Assembly: GCA_003971905.1 (NCBI GenBank)
Contig: RSEE01000111.1
Span: forward strand, 1-64,000
DNA from: Moniliella sp. 'wahieum'
Taxonomy: Eukaryota
Direction: 5' to 3'
Length of the DNA: 64,000 bases
Each line of letters opens with the position of its first letter. Position 1 is the stretch's first letter. The translations under genes and the position numbers were made by a program. This document shows positions 38,172 through 50,686 of this stretch, piece by piece. The notes beneath the pieces were generated by a model that was not told where the DNA came from, made no database searches, and worked only from the letters and a program-made list of their open reading frames with translations.

Positions 38172-38775
38172 ATGGACCGGATCGGAAAAGCTGAGTGCGC
38201 TGCGATCCGAGTGGCGAGGGCGGTTTCGCGTGCCGAAACGAGCGAAGCGCATGCACGCAACTGGAGCAGAAGCAGGTGGAAGATAAGCAGCACATTGCCA
38301 CGCTCGAACTGCGTCTGCAACAACTCGAACAGCAGCTGGACCAGACCGACACTCAACTGGCCCAGCACAAACAGGCTACCGAGCAAAGTGAACAGGCTCG
38401 TGCCCATCTTGCTGCCTTAACTCGCAAACTGGCTCAGCTGCAAACTCGACGGGATGAAGTGGACGCGCGTGTTGAACAAGTGACGAAAAAGTCTGTTTTT
38501 CCTCTTCCTTCCTTTTCCTTCCTTCCTCTATACCCTCCCATTCGGTTTACTTTGATTTCCTCCTCGAACGCCCTAAGTAGAAGTCCTCTGTGCACTAACC
38601 CGAGCGGCACAGGTTGCGCGAAACGGCAGAACGTGCGGAAGGACTCGAACGGCAGGTACTTTCGCGCGAGCAGGAACGGGACACCTTGGAGGCCAAGTAC
38701 GAAGACGCGCATGCCAACGACATATCGTGCAAGCAACACCTCGACGAGATGGTGCAGCAAATCGATAACCTATAA
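38172..38775 (+). CDS. Tropomyosin-like protein (fungal Tpm/Cdc8 family), divergent; intron 38491-38612
   Basis: About 160 aa of continuous coiled coil: MDRI...LEQKQVEDKQHIATL...LTRKLAQL...K|LRETAERAEGLERQV...EQERDTLEAKYE...KQHLDEMVQQIDNL*, colinear with fungal tropomyosins. Confidence 0.8.
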
Positions 38776-39667
38776 ACTCGCCTAGTACTTAGTACCGTTG
38801 AGAGGAAAATATGCGCATCGCATCTCTTTTGGGAATTCAAGACCATTCCCAGTCCCCGTTTGGTTATGTTTGTTTTGTTTTTGCTTTGTTTGGTTCGTTT
38901 TCTTTCGCGGGGGTTGCTTCCTCTGTGTCCTGGGCTTTCGCGTTGTTCTTGCGTCCGATTGGCCTTGAAGGCCGTGTGTGTAGGGAAGGGGAGGTTGAGT
39001 CGCACCTCTCGTGTGTCTCCCTTGAATGTGGGTCCTGGGATGGGAGTTCAATGCCGTTCTACTGTAAAATGTTCAGCTTGAGCGCGCACCACCTTGGACC
39101 TCTGCCCTGCCCTCGGTGTGGTCTCTGAGAGAGGGTGAGGACCCACCACGCGGAACGCTCGCTTGCTGCGGTGAGGTGAGGGGCAATCATTTTAGGGTGG
39201 TGGTGGTGGAGGCCGGCGGATGGGTGCGCACGTTTTCTCGTACAACCTCACCCTCCACAAGAACAACAGGACAATGACGAATTATCCCTACACTGCTCCC
39301 ACCCACTCCGGCCGATCGACTGCTGTGGATGGCCCATCTATAGTAGAACATTTCCCACTATCGTATAGGAGCACGTGTCCAAGAACCCAATCCTGCGTTA
39401 AATAAAGTCCAACCTGGCGCGCGGATCGGTGCAACGACTGGGGTTCAACTGTACACATGAACATTTCAAGTCATGCAGCCGGGGGATTTTTCGCGTTCCA
39501 ACGAGCAAATTCCAAGTCGAGCCAAACACATTGCAGCCGCCGTGCCAGGCGGCAGCGCGGTACTCGCCCCACTCCCACTGCACTTCCACCACCAGGTATA
39601 CCCAACCCCAACCCCAACCCCAACCCCTTTCCCCTCCTTCCCCTCCGAGACACATCCGTGTCGGACG

Positions 39668-41822
39668 ATGGACTACACACGTTTTCACCTGGTTCACCTT
39701 GTCGGGGGGCAGCGTTGCGTGCAAGCTGGATGGCTCGGGCGCGGTATGGCAGTTGGAAGATATGACTGCGCAAGGGATGGGTACCGGGTTGGTGGCTACG
39801 ACGACTTGGATTCCAACGCTTGCTCTTCACGCTCCCGCGTGCGCTGGCTATCTACGCGACGTCCCAACTGCCATCGCTGGTGTGCAGCAGGCCGAAGCTG
39901 CGCGCGGCCTCCGCTCAGACGGGGATCGTTGACAACGGGAGGGCCGCAGTGGACTGATGTGGCAGGCAAGTGGACGGGACTTATGGTGTATGCTATGGGA
40001 ACGAGCACGGGTCGGGTCAGTTGGACCTCGGCGGAGCGCAGACCAACGCGCCAATGGGGACCTTACCTCCACGCCATGCCGACTCAGTTTGATACGCCCA
40101 TGTTCTGGTCCGATTCCGAGCTGGCTTGGCTCCGTGGTACTTCGATCCAAGGTACGTCTTGCGTTCTTCCGTGTTGCGTGTTACGTGTTCCCACATTGCC
40201 ATGTTGCCATGTTGCCGTGGTACGTGGTACGTGGTACGTGGTACGTGGGGTGGGAGTGTAGGGTGTTGTATGGGGGATCAGGCTAATCGCTAACACGCGC
40301 CCGTTGGACTTGTGGTTGATTGGAGCAGATAAGATTGGGCGTGCCGAGGCGGACGAGGAGTACTGGCGACTGGTTGTGCCATTGGTGCGTGCGTGGCCGG
40401 AACTGTTTGTGCCAGGGTGGGCGCGGTGGACGTCGGCGCAGGAACAAGCTGGTGCGCTAGACGCCGCATTGGACACGTACTACTCGTTACAGCTGTACCA
40501 CATTATGGGGTCGCGGATTCTCAGTCGTTCGTTCCATGTTGAGCAGCGGTCCGAGGACGATGAGGACGAGGACGAGGATGAAGAACTCGTTGAGGAGGAG
40601 GGTGAGGGGGTACCGTCGCAAGCGCCGGTCGAGATGGAGGATACGTCGATGGGAGAGGCGGATGGGTCGGGTATGTCGCTGGACACGCCCAAGCCTACGT
40701 CGCCAGGCCGGGCGCAGGAAACTGGCGAGCAAGCCCAAAACGCTGCTGAACAAGAGATCAGGACGAAGAAGAGGAAGAAGAAGAAGAAGAAGAGACGGAA
40801 AGCGAAAAAGTGGACGATATTGGCATGTGGTGTTTGGCGGATATGTTGAACGCGCGTCCGGGGAAGCGCACAATGCGCGTCTGTTTTACCGTACCGAGCA
40901 GTTGGAGATGCGAACCACACGAGCGGTTCGGGCGGGGGAACAGTTGTTCAACACGTATGCCGACCCGCCCAACTCGGACCTACTACGACGGTATGGGTAC
41001 GTGGATACGCACCACCCTGCCACGGCCTCCTCCGACCCACTCGACAATCCCAACGATAACGTCGAGCTGGGCTGGCGGTACGTGCAGCAGGCTGTGCAGG
41101 ACGTAGCGCGAGCCCAGGGCGCAACACCCGACGAGCTGGCCGCGCACGAAGCGGAATTGGCCACGCGGTTTGAGCAGTTTGAAAATGCGGGGCTCATTCC
41201 GGATGAGAGTGAGCACTGGGCTATGTGCCGCGGGACGCTACGCGTGCGTACCTCGAACCGTCGTCGGACGACTCGGACGATGACGACGACGACAGCAACA
41301 GCAAGGATGCGAACGCTGCGGCGGGCGGAAGGGAGAGCGGGGTAGAAGAGCTGCTGATGGGGTGCAAGTTGGCGTGGTGGGATGGACCGACGGCAGCCAA
41401 GTATCTGGGCAAGGACCAAGCGCCGGAAGCCAAGTGGAGCGGGACGTTGACGCACAAGCAGTCGGGGCGGACGGTGCTTGCGGCGGAGGTGGCGGTGCGG
41501 GCGGTGGAGCAGCGGATGGCGCTGTACGGCACGACGCTGCGGCGGACGAAGCGGCGTATGGGGCGCTGGTGGGGCAGGGGGCGAGTGGGCGGCTGGCGTG
41601 TCGGAGCAGCGGCATGTGGCTGCGCTGGTGGTGCGGATTGGCGAGCAGCGCATCCTGGCGCGCCTGCACGCGCTGCTGGTGGGCGCGGTGGCCAAGTACC
41701 ACGCCGCCAAGGCCAAGGCGGATGCGCAGCTCAAGAGCAAGCCCGGCCAAGCGGGGGCGAGCGGCGAGGCGGCGACCGCCACAACAAGCGGGCGCGGAAG
41801 TGAGAGAAGCACATCCCACTGA
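39668..41822 (+). CDS. RKM4: SET-domain protein lysine methyltransferase, Rkm4/SETD6 family; intron 40152-40328
   Basis: WGPYLHAMPTQFDTPMFWSDSELAWLRGTSI|DKIGR, YHIMGSRILSRSFHV, LADMLNAR, NARLFY and AGEQLFNTYADPPNSDLLRRYGYVD. Confidence 0.88.
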
Positions 41823-42108
41823 TGCTCCCAACGGAGGAACGCAACGATGGATATGCACTTGGCAAATATATTGGCGTGCTTCCGAGGCAGATGTGATGGG
41901 GAGATGATGGCATGGCATGGCATGTGATGGGACGGCCATCACACACCCCACTAGGGTTGGCGGCGGGGGCGTGTCTTGGGTGCGTCGATCGGGGCGGCAC
42001 GTGGCCTGCGCCGCCCGCGCCGCCCGATCCAGCGCAGCACACTGGCGCCGTGGCGGGATCTGGTGGCGCCACGCGCTGCCCCCCGCCGCACGGCGCCAGT
42101 GCCGACGC

Positions 42109-44524
42109 ATGCCTGCTCGCCCGCCGGACGCCCCGGGGGGGCCATCGCCTTCTGCCCCTCCATCGCCATCGCCATCGCCACTCCACCGCCTCTCCCCGCC
42201 ATCTCCACCATCCCCTGCTCCGCCATGGCCATGGGCACCGCGCTCCCGCCACCCTCGCCACCCTCGCCACCCCTGCCGCCCACGACGCCTGCCTCGCCGT
42301 CGCCGACACCCGCCCCGCCCTGCCCGACGCCGACGCCCGGGCGCATACAGCTACGTCGTCCTCACCCTCCCGCCCTCCGCCGAGCCCCCCATCGACCTCC
42401 TCTTCGCTGGCCGCGGCAGTGTGCCCGACGTGTGCCACCACCTCGCCGACCCAGCCGCTGTGCGCTTCGTGCTGCTGCGCGACCAGCATGCCCTGCTCCT
42501 GGTCCAGTTCCTCGGCGCCCAAGTCGGGTGTGTGCTTTTTTCTTTTCCTTAACCTTGGGCCCCGTCCACTGACTCTTTTCTTTTTCTTGTTTTTTTCTTT
42601 TTCTTGCATTGCTCTTTGCAGTGGCGTCCGCCGCGCGCGCTCCCTCGCCCAAGCCCGCACCCTCGCCCGCGACTTTGCCCCCTTCCGCCAGGCCGCCGCC
42701 ACCGTCCTTCTCACCAAGCCCACCGAGCTCACTCCCACGCTCATCCACACCGCCTTGACCGCCAAAACCAAAGGTGCCGCGCCCTCCCACCCTCCCGCCA
42801 CCTCGTCCCCCAGCTCGACTTTGGGGCCCAGCTCGCGATCCGGAACACTGCCGCCGAGCAGTGGGTCCTCAGCCGCCTCGCCCGTGGCTGGTATCGCGGC
42901 TCTACGCGCGCGCTTCGCTGCGCTCGACGGCTTCCAAGTCGGGTTCGGGCACGGGCACGGGCACGGGCACGGGCACGGGCGCCAGGTCGGACTGCCAGTC
43001 GATTCTAATGCCGGTTCAGTCACGGTCGCTTCTCCTGCTCACCGTCTTCGTCGTCGTCAGACCGATTCTCCTCCTCGATCGCCCGACAAGCTACCCAATG
43101 CACCGTTGCACCATCCGCCTACGCGTTCCGCCTCAGCCTCAGCCTCAGCCTCGTCCCCACCTCACCCTTACCGTTTGTCGCTACCGCCAACCCCGCCCCT
43201 AGTGCCGCCCCCGGCAACGCCAATGCCAACGCCAATGGCAATGGCAATGCCTCTGTTTCGGCGAGTTGCTTGGCGCGTGCCCAAAGTCGAGCCGAGAGCA
43301 GCAGCAATGGCGACTCGAGTCGGCGTACCATGTCTTCCATATCGACGACCGTTCCGTCTCCCGTGTCTCCGCGGGACTCACCGGACCTGCGAGCACCAGC
43401 CCCGACGTGCAGTACGGGTGTGCGTGCGCGTTCGCCTACGTCGTTGCACCTTTCGCGACCTGGCGGGACGGGAGTGGATTCGCGACCGTCGTCAGTGGGC
43501 ATGGGCATGGGGGAGTCGGAGGAAGAAGAAGATTTGATTGACGATCAGGGGGATGCGGTACTGATTGCGTTACGTGGGGATAGGAAAGCTCGGAAACGGG
43601 TGGTGGTGGCGCGAGAACGGTTGTTACGATCGCAGCAACATGCAGCGCAGCAACTTGCGCGAGCCAAGGCCGAGTGGGATCGGTTAGCTGAACAAGTGCG
43701 GGCGGCACGACAAGCTCTGGCCACAGCGACGGTACGTGCTGAGGTGTTAGCTGAGCGGTGGGCGGAGCAGCGTCCCGCCCGCCCGACTGGACGCGTTTGA
43801 TCGGAGTCAAGTGGAAGCGGGGGGAGTGAGCGTGTGGCGCAACGCAATCGCGAGTTGGCAAGTCAAGCACGTGCCTTGGCCCAGCTCGAGCGGGAGTACG
43901 CGTCCTGGGCCGAGCGGGCACAGGAAGTACGTGACGAAGCTGGGAAACGATGCACTCCCACACCCAATGGGAGCATACTGTTGTGCGTGAGTTCGAGGCG
44001 GCGCAACAAGCGCGAGCGGCGCAAGCTGAACGGCAAGGACTCAAGCTCTGGGCCCAGACTGTGGCGCAGCACCGGCTGCGCGAGGCGGAGGAACTGGTGG
44101 TACTGCTGCCCGGCACGCGCGGCAGTGGGCAACCAACTTGCCCACTCACCCTATCTGTCCGGAGAAGAGGCCGCGCTATTAGTTGCCTGTGTCGGTGTGC
44201 AGAGGGGGGAGGTGGGTTCGCTCAAGCGACGTACGTGTCTTGTACATCGACCTCTAGGGCCACACCGGGGCGCAGTAGAGATTTACTCGTCGGACCCAGC
44301 GGTGGGACTGGGAACGGCATCGATGCCCAAAGCGCCACTGTGGTCCATCGCGCCGTCCGAGGTGGCGAGCGTGCAAGATGCCGAGTCGGAGCTGATGCTG
44401 GACCATGCGGTCGTGTTGCTCAACGAGAGGAAGGAGGGCTGGTCGTTTTGTCGCCGATTCGGACGAGGAAAAAGTCGCGCTCACGGCGGCCTTGCAGACG
44501 GCAACAGGAAGAGAAGTGTACTAG
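42109..44524 (+). CDS. Putative ADF-H-like / Pro-rich / coiled-coil / PH-like domain protein; intron 42528-42621
   Basis: The N-terminal YSYVVL...LLFAGRGSVPDVCHHL...VRFVLLR...LLLVQFLG..VG|GVRRARSL resembles the ADF-H/coactosin fold. After a central coiled coil, the C-terminal LKRRTCLV...VEIYSSD...SEVASVQD...HAVVLL...WSF..DSDEEKVALTAAL is PH-like. Confidence 0.6.
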
Positions 44525-45714
44525 CCTCTCAGCCTCCGCCCTCACCACTTTGGACCTCTTTTCCGTGCTCTTGTTCCCTCCTGCCCTCCTGCCCTCCCGG
44601 CATCCCGCCTCACACCCCCGCCTCTCTCTTTCGCCCGCGCTGTCTTCCTCCCTTTTGAGAAGGAGCTGGTCGCAGCCAGGCTGCGTTCATACCCGTTTCC
44701 CCCCTGTGCCTCCCCGCCCCCACTCTCACCCCTGAACTGCTGGTACCGGATCGTCCACTTTACTTCCCACCTTCGTTCATTCTCATTCTCATCCTCATTC
44801 TCTTAGTCCTTGTCTTTCTCTCTCTCTCTTCTTCACCTTCTCTTTCACTTCTCTTTCGCCTGTCTTGTCTCTTCCTCCACCTCCGTCTTGGCTCTGCTCT
44901 CTCCATTCCACTCCGACCCTGTGTGCCCAGGCGCCGGGGGTTGGACGGTGGGGAGGTACACACGTCTGAGACGCGTGAGCATACCACCCGTTTGTCCCTT
45001 GCACGCATCTATCCTCTCAATATCACCTATCACCTATCACCATCACGTCCCATATATCACCTCCTATATCTCTTCTCGCTTGAAGCTTGACCCCATTTTA
45101 GCCCCATTTTCACGGAAGCTCAACAGCACAAATCGAGCTTGGATCCCCTCTGTCGCGCCTGTCGCGCGTGTGTGTGTGCTGCGCCAGCTGCGCCCTTTCT
45201 TACTGGACTCCCCTTGCGCTTAGATCCTTCTAGTGAACTACTGCGAGGGCTAAACGTTAAACCCCGTAGTCAGCCCTCTCGGCTTCAATATTCAATCTCG
45301 ACTATGGCTGGTACTTTGACTGTTTGACTTGGGAGTTTGATCTCGACGTTTGGTGTGCGCTGGACGTCTGGGCCGCGGCAGCGACCGTCGTGCGGGGCGG
45401 GACGGAGCTCAGGTACAGTACAGTACGGCTACAGAGGCAAGATGAGCACCGACGATGATCGAATGAATAGGACAAAGGGCAAGGGGGAGAGGTAGGAGAG
45501 CAAGCAGAGATGGAGTGCTGCTGCGCATGGGCGCACAAGTCGCGACAGGCGGTCTAGGGTGGCCCTGGGAGGGGAACAGCCGAGAGACCTTCAATGACTA
45601 CCACCATCATCACCACCATCACTTCATGCAACACCACTGCCGCACGCAGGGACCTGCGAGCCGTGCTGAGACCCCGCGTTGCCCATCACGTTTCTCCATG
45701 CAGGTGGGTACGCG

Positions 45715-48700
45715 TTAGGCCACCTTGGTCGTCAAGCGGCGGAGGACAGGGACGTTCAAGTACGCGGGGCAGTACGTTTCGATGCCAGTCACTTCACGTG
45801 GCATGGGCAGTTCGTACGGTCCCGCCTCGTCCACTTCGGGCGGGAGAGGAGTGGTCGTTACGGTCGTTGGGTACGACGCGAGCGGCGACGGCTTTGAGGA
45901 TTTCGGGCGAGATGGGGTTCTCGTAATCGGCGACGGCGTAGTGGGAGATGAGTTTTTGGATTTGGGTCGGGGTCAGCATCCAGCACACGTCGTAGATGAT
46001 GTCAATGTCGCCCAGGGTGGCCTTTTTGAGTTGGAGGAGCTTGGTGGCCTGCATGAGGTGTTCGAGCTGGAGCGTGCCTTCGGGCAAGTCGTGGGACTTG
46101 CACCATTCCTCAAGTCGGGTAATGTTGTATTGGATCTGCATTGCGCGTTTCCACGAACAAAAGTTGCGCCGCATCAGCAGGTCGTTGAACGCTGTCACGC
46201 CAATCAACTTGAGCAGCTCGCTGACCACTTGCTGCGTCACGCTCGCCTCGACATAGCACAGCAGAGCCTTCCACACCTGGTTCAGCAGCGCCAGCACATC
46301 GTCCATCGTGTACACCACCGCACCGGCCGAGGGCAAGAGGCGGTTGAACAGTTTTCCTGCCGCCGCTTCGGACGTGACAAAGCCCGGGAGCGCCTGGTGC
46401 TCAATCAACGCCGGCACCACCATCTTGTGCAGGACCTTCTTGACCTCCTGCATCCAAGTGTGGTAAATGTTGTACTCGAGACTGTCGAGGTCATGCTTGA
46501 CAATCGTCACCAGCCGCTCGTAGTCGCCCCACTCGAATTCGTACATGCCCATCTCGTCCATGTCCATGCCCGGGCCAATGCCCTGGAGCATGTCGCTTTC
46601 GGCAATGCACACAAAGCTCAGTACTTCGTGCACGTTCGACAGCCAAAAGATGCCCGGTGCGATGGCCTCCTCGCCCTCGAAGGACATGACGTGTTGCTGG
46701 ATCGTCTGCATCACGTTGGCCAGGAACCGTTCGCTTTCCCGCACCATGCCGTACTTCCACATCTCGTTCGTCACCAGCGAAATAAGATGTGCCGGGAACA
46801 AGACTTCCTTGGGAGATGGTGCGTTGGAAGAAGACGGGGAGGGGATACGTAGCTTCTTGATCAACCCGACCAGTACATCCTCATCCAACGCATCCTCATT
46901 CTCGAGCAAGCGATGATCTCTCGGCCGGATCCGCATCTGGGTCCAACGTCTCCTCGTCCAGCCTCGCAGCAAGGGGCAAGCCGTCAGCGCCAAATGCCAT
47001 GCTCACGTGCCGGTTGGCCATGGCCAAGTCCCGTTTGGCCAGCATCATCTCCCCCTCGTCGCCATCCAAGACGACGTCCGAGTGGCGGCGCCCGCGGCGG
47101 CGCGCGCCCTCCATCGCGGCACCATCCAAGTCGCGGCCCGTGGAGAGTTGGAACGGTTCGGCGCCCTCGTGTCGCGGTGCAGTAGTAGTCTTTTGAAGCG
47201 TGTTGAGCGTCTGGGCGCGACTCAACTGTTCTTGCAATTGGCTCATCTCCTGCCGCAGCCCGCCAATCAGCGCATCCTCTTCGGACGATTGGCTCACCTG
47301 GGCAATCACACGTTCGCGCGCCTCGATCTCTTGGACATACTGCGTCGCCTCTTCGCGCAACGCGGCAATCGTCCGTTCGTATTCGGCCACCCGAAGCGCA
47401 TCGGCCTGTTGCGCATCAGCCTCGGCCTTGGCCAGCTGGAGCGCATCAAACTCGGCCTGGGGCACAGTGGGCTGGCTGAGTTGGTGCTGCAATTCGCGGG
47501 TATGCGCATCCAACTCGGAATGCTTGCCCTGCCATGCCGCCACCTCGGCCTGCATGTCGCGCACCTTGGCTGCCAACTCGCGGTTCTCCCGCGCGCGCGC
47601 TGCAGGATCTGAGTCAACTCCACCACCTTGTTTTCCAACTTGCCGCTGATCTCCTTGAAGTGCTTGGCCGACTTGGCCTCGGCTTTGAGCATCACCATCT
47701 CCTTCTTGGCCAGACGGCGCCGCGTAAGGCTCTGGAGCAACACCACTCCCTTGCGGTCGTGGGCATACCGTCGCCGCCAGCACGCCGCGGAAGAGCGCTT
47801 GCAACCGCGCCGCGGCGCTGTCCAGGCGGGAAGAACGGAAATGGGCACGCACTTGCTGGCCACGAACGTGGGCTTGGATGCGCGTGATGGCGTGGCGGGT
47901 GGCGAGGAACTGTTGGCGTGCCAAGTGCGCCCGACCGGCGGCCTGCACCTTGAGCACAATCGTTTCTCTTCGCAGCGTTTCAAACGCCTGTTGCGCCGCA
48001 CGCATCCGCCACCAGGTTTGTACTGCAACGTGGTCGCCTTGAGGGCAAGGTACCGTTTGCGCGCAACACGGGCACGCAGGTTCTTTTGCAAGAGGATGGT
48101 CAAGTAGTTGAGGCGGTCCTTGCGACGCTGTTCAAAGGCCGCGAGCATGCCTGCCCGGAAAAAGATTTGGTCAGGCCAATCTGATACGAGTCGGGCCCGG
48201 CGCCGACGGCTGCCAAGATGGCTTGGCTCAAGTCTTTGATCGCCTGTTCGCTCGATGCGTCCCAATGGTTGGTTTGGGCCGATGGAACCAACATGTAGTA
48301 GCGCTGTACAAACTCGGCAAACGTCCAGCGTGACGGATAGCCCGCCGAACTGATCCGGATTGTCTCCAACACACCGCACGCACGCAGCTGACCCAACATG
48401 TTCTGCGGCTCCACCACCGCCCACGGTTCCTTGGCTTCGTTGGGCTTGATGCAGCGAATGTAATGCGCGTTGGTCTTATCGATCGTGTCCATCAGCCCGA
48501 CCAGGGAGGCCTTGAACTGCGATCCCAGCGTGGGTTTCTTGATCAATCCCAGGGGCCGCCGTCCGGCCGCTGGCGGCTCGGCGGTAGAAGAGGCAAGCGC
48601 CGTATCAAACACTTCTTTTAAAAAGGGGTTGGTCGTGCCCTGGAGCAAGGCCAGCTGCTCGTCGGGAACTGTATCCTTGTTCTTATCCAGGAACCCGTCC

Positions 48701-50686
48701 ACTCGTACGTCACATCCAGCGCATAGTGGCACACAGTAAAGCTCGATTGGCCAAACCGGGGCTTTTTAAACGCAGTTTTGTACTCGGGCTTGCGGTCAAA
48801 CTGGGTGAACAGTTTGTTAAGGAAGGACTGGTCCGAACCAGAGGGCAAACGCGACTCTTCGTCCAAGAGGGAGAGAATACCAAGACGGGACTCGATCAGG
48901 TTGATGGTCGGTTGGTTGTCGGAAAATTCAATAAAAGTCCACTGGATCTGTTCTTTGACGTACTCCTCTTGTTCCAACCTGAAAACATGGTCGTTAAACT
49001 CATGTTGTAGTCGCTCGTTGGCATAGTTGATGCAAAACTGCTCGTAGCTGTTGACCTTGAAATGCTCAAACCCATAAATGTCCAACACCCAATCATGTTC
49101 TTGCGCAGGTCCTCCGTGTCGGGCGTCAAGGCCAACGATTTGTTCATCTGCGCCACCAGCCAGTCAAACAAGCTGGAATAGACGTACTTGGCCACCGAAT
49201 CACGCACCGCCGTTGCCATCACAGGCGACAAGCTCGACACGATCTTCTCGCCTCGGTGATGATCTGTCGCTTGACCAACCAGCGGCGGAAATCAGATGGA
49301 TCAATGCCAAGAAGATTGGTGGCCATAAACAAGCTGGGGTCGTCATCCGACACCATCGCATCGTTGCGAAGCGAAGTAATCTTTACATTGCCCAAATGGA
49401 GCAAGGCGGCAAGCAGGCGGAACACCTGCCACTGCCGATCCACCGTCAACCCCACTGTGGTCATGGCCGCCTGGGTCTCTCGGAACTCGGCAGCATCGTC
49501 CACACCATTGACCACAGGATCACCGCCCTGATTGAGGTAATGGAACTCCATTGGATCCGACAAGCCTAGGTCTTTGCGTTCCGCTTCGGGAGCACCGGCA
49601 ACGAGTTGATAAAATGTGGTAGTTGCGCTCGGTGGAAGGCTGGTAGATCAATCGGCTCGGCTTCGCTCAAGGAGGTAGGTGCGCATTTGAGCACCGATAA
49701 TCTGGTTCGCTTGTCAAACAGGATCTCAATGTACTTGCCAAAGCGGGAAGAGTTGTCGTTGCGGGTGGTCTTGGCATTGCCAAAGGCCTCCATGACGGGA
49801 TTGGTAGCGAGGATGCGCTCCTCGGTCTCGCTCATTCCGCTGGTCTTGGGTGCATCCTTCTTGCTCCACACGGGCGAGGTGTCCTCTTCGACACTGGCAA
49901 AGTAGCGCATAATGTACGGCCGAGACCGTTTTGCCAGCACCTCTGCATCACATGGTCAGAACCGAAACAAGAGGAGAGGAGGAGTGGGGGGGGACAAAGA
50001 AGCAAACTAAGCAAAACGTACGACTCGCCAGACACGACAATTGTTTGGTCCTTCTCGTCTCGGATCATGTAGCGGTAGGCATCCTCGGCAATGGCAAACA
50101 AATGAGGCTCCATCTCGCCTCGTTTGCGGCCGCTGTAGGCCGTGATGACTTCTGGGGAGTAGAGGTTCATAGGGAAGAAGGGGTTGACGGCGATCAGGAC
50201 AATGCCCGAGTAGGTGTAGATGTTGCGTTGGGAGTAGCGGTTGAGGATGGTGTGCAGCACTGTGGCAAGCGGCTGCGGTTAGTACACAACGCAGCGAGGA
50301 AAGAGCAAGAGACCCAGACACGCACCAGATGGCTCGTTGAGGTGGGACAAGTTGGTCAGGTCGTCGGTGGCCTCGAGCAGGGGGGTTGCGCAGCGGGGGC
50401 AGCTGGCCCTCCGCCAGCTGACCCGAGGCGGTGGCGGCCGCATCCAGCGAAGCGCTCTCCTTGGACGCGCCCGCGGCCAGGGCAGCAATCTTGGTGGCGG
50501 TGGTCTGGAGCACACGCTCGATGCCTGTCTCGTCGTCGACAAAGTGCAGCTCGACGGACCGGAGCTGGCCACGAGGGGGGCGGCAGTGAGGGTGGCGCTG
50601 ACCCAGCCGAGGTCGCGGTGGGGGAACCAGGCGCGTGTGCCAGCCACATAGGGTGCGAGCGCGAGCTCGGCGGCGTGGGACGCCAT
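45715..50686 (-). CDS. MYO2: Class V myosin heavy chain (Myo2/Myo5 type); introns 50325-50260 and 50021-49943; many frameshifts
   Basis: [17 protein letters not shown]-loop [53 protein letters not shown] motifs, a coiled coil, and a DIL cargo domain ([22 protein letters not shown]). Confidence 0.97.

Noticed and set aside
32448..50686. Programmed frameshifting or mass pseudogenisation of housekeeping genes
   Set aside because: Frame changes are scattered with no shared slippery motif and no amino-acid decay; sequencing indels are the simpler explanation.
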